Positions 62,411 to 64,000 of a stretch of 64,000 bases of DNA are shown here, in pieces. The position numbers and the translations under genes were made by a program. How positions within the stretch are numbered: the stretch's first letter is position 1; every line of letters begins with the position of its first letter. The stretch comes from Lama glama (taxonomy: Eukaryota), in NCBI GenBank assembly GCA_028534125.1, contig CM052832.1, positions 17,858,001 to 17,922,000 on the forward strand, in the 5' to 3' direction. The notes under the pieces were generated by a model. The model was not told where the DNA came from. It saw nothing but the letters and a program-made list of their open reading frames with translations, and ran no database searches.

Positions 62411-62504
62411 TGCTCCAGGTGAGGCTCGAACTCACAACCTCGGCATCACCCGCACATATACTGCTGTATAAGTACCGCGCGCTAACCGATTGCGCCACTG
62501 GAGC
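62411..62504 (-). tRNA. tRNA-Ile (anticodon TAT) with 20-nt intron (62447-62466)
   Basis: Reverse complement GCTCCAGTGGCGCAATCGGTTAGCGCGCGGTACTTATA [CAGCAGTATATGTGCGGGTG] ATGCCGAGGTTGTGAGTTCGAGCCTCACCTGGAGCA; intron one base 3' of the anticodon; TTTT 2 nt downstream. Confidence 0.98.
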
Positions 62505-62509
62505 ATGCT

Positions 62510-63200
62510 TTCCCCACGTACTCGGTGCGCACTCTACAGAGCCACGAGCGATGGGCGAGCCGGATCCCACCCACATGCCGGAGCAGGAGCGCACGGCATT
62601 GCTGGGGTCCCTCTTCTCCCTACTCTCCTCCGCGGCCTCTGGCCTGGCGAATAAACCACGCTTTGAGCCAGACGCTTCCATCTTTTCCGGAAGCGTGTAT
62701 GTGATCCTTCCTCTACGCCACTGAGAATCATCAAGTCCCAGGGATCCAGGGGTGCTCCTTTCAGAAGCCACGAGAGAAGGCTGAGGAGAAAAGGGAACAG
62801 ACTCTTGCTCTTCTTCGCCTTGACTCCAAGAAGGGAACGATTTCCGTGGAAGACAACGGGCTATTTGGCTGAGGCGCAGCATCACTGCGCACCGCACGGC
62901 TGGTCCGTGATGCTTCCTACCAGACTGAGAACACCAAGGAGCCGAGCCAGCCCGGTCCTAGTTCGGCGCGTCTCCTAGCACCGCCGCGCTCACGGCAGTA
63001 CTACCCGCCTCGCTGTCCAGCACCTCCAGGCTGCGCATCCCAGTTTCACCAAATCCTCCCCGAGCCTGCCTGAAAACCGCATTCGAAGTCATACAGCCAG
63101 CTAGTCCGGCATCTCTTGCGGGAAAACAGCCAGAGTAGTAACCACTCCTTTGTGCTGCACGTTACAGAGGTCAAGGCGATGTCAACCATCCCCACTCCCG
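62510..63200. promoter_or_regulatory. CpG island-like region upstream of tRNA-Ile-TAT
   Basis: Dense CpG; ETS-like CCGGAAG near 62687; TGCGCA at about 62885 and 63033; E2F-like GCGGGAAA near 63118. Confidence 0.55.
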
Positions 63201-64000
63201 CTCAGCTCCTCCACCTGTTTTGACCTTCTTTAGAGGTTCATTGCTGATAGTTTGCCTCTGCGACATAATGCACACCCAGTATCCTGCCTGGGGCATCTAA
63301 TTATAAAGGCCAGTTTTGTCTGGTTGCTTGCTTGCTTTTGGCCTTGAGAAATTGCAGCTGTCACATACACACGAGATAGGAAGGCTTTTTGCTTTTATGG
63401 AATAAGTCCTATCAGTGAGAAGGAGAAATGTAAGAAGAAAGGAATGGTCTGACTATTCCTGACCACATAGTACCTAACAAACAGGACTATGCATTATAGG
63501 CCAGTGACCAAGTTTCTCCGTACAGACGCATGAAGTGTGGGGGGACAAGTTTCCGCATCTCGATGTCTATTTTGCTGTATTGGGATCATTACATGTGCTT
63601 TAAATAACACCTTAAAGTGAAGAGCAGTGAGAAGCGACAAAGGCTCTTTAATAATGACCATCTCACCACACAGTCCTAGAGAGACTGAGCTCCGTCTGAA
63701 CCTCTAGAGGTAATTTCATCTAAATAACAATAGCAGCCACCGGTTGGATAGAGCTTATTATGGCCCACACAGTGCCCTCGGTGATTTATATAAACGTCAT
63801 GATAGGACCATGGTGTTGTGCCCCAAGTCTGGATCTGGATGAGAAGAACCAGTATCTAGTGAATTACTGTTCTTAAGGCATGAAAACTTACAAGACTCAC
63901 AGTATGTCATTGGATATTAAACTGACTTTCATCAGGGAAGACATGTTATTGACACAACATAGACATTATAAGCATTAAATCTTGTTCATGGAGAAAAAAG

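Noticed and set aside
62660..62730. Minus-strand AGTGGCGTAGAGGAAG...GATGGA resembling initiator tRNA
   Set aside because: Only the A-box-like part matches; no cloverleaf or proper B box.
1..64000. ORFs of 60-196 aa in the supplied track as protein-coding genes
   Set aside because: No recognisable intact domain or coherent exon chain. The longer ones lie in GC-rich patches where stops are rare, overlap tRNA genes (6500, 43052, 48613, 49901, 62307) or are LINE remnants.

Overview
Mammalian genomic DNA, most likely a camelid: it carries tRNA-derived Vic-1-type SINEs and no Alu, B1/B2, Bov-tA or PRE-1 that I could recognise. The window is part of a dense Pol III tRNA gene cluster with 14 full-length tRNA genes: Gln-TTG, Gln-CTG, iMet-CAT, Thr-AGT x2, Leu-TAA, Ile-AAT x3, Val-AAC, Ser-CGA, Arg-ACG, Phe-GAA and an intron-containing Ile-TAT. 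Two decayed tRNA pseudogenes (Val-like, Ile-like) are also present. From memory, the order and isodecoder types match the tRNA cluster beside the major histone cluster at human 6p22.1, in reverse orientation; this is unverified. The rest is interspersed repeats (L1, L2, MIR, MaLR/ERVL/ERV1 LTRs, hAT MITEs), several CpG-rich promoter-like patches and one 500-N gap. I found no credible protein-coding gene: the supplied ORFs are chance ORFs, gap artefacts or LINE remnants. I see no convincing new biological system. The best leads are five independent MER34-like solo LTRs each within about 1.1 kb of a tRNA gene, an Ile-AAT gene with a U55C B-box change, a Gln-TTG/CTG pair sharing a C3:A70 mismatch, a CpG-rich lncRNA-like 5' region overlapping a possible decayed SCAN domain, and a set of CTCF-like motifs. 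Repeat family names come from recalled consensus sequences, and boundaries are approximate unless TSDs are given.
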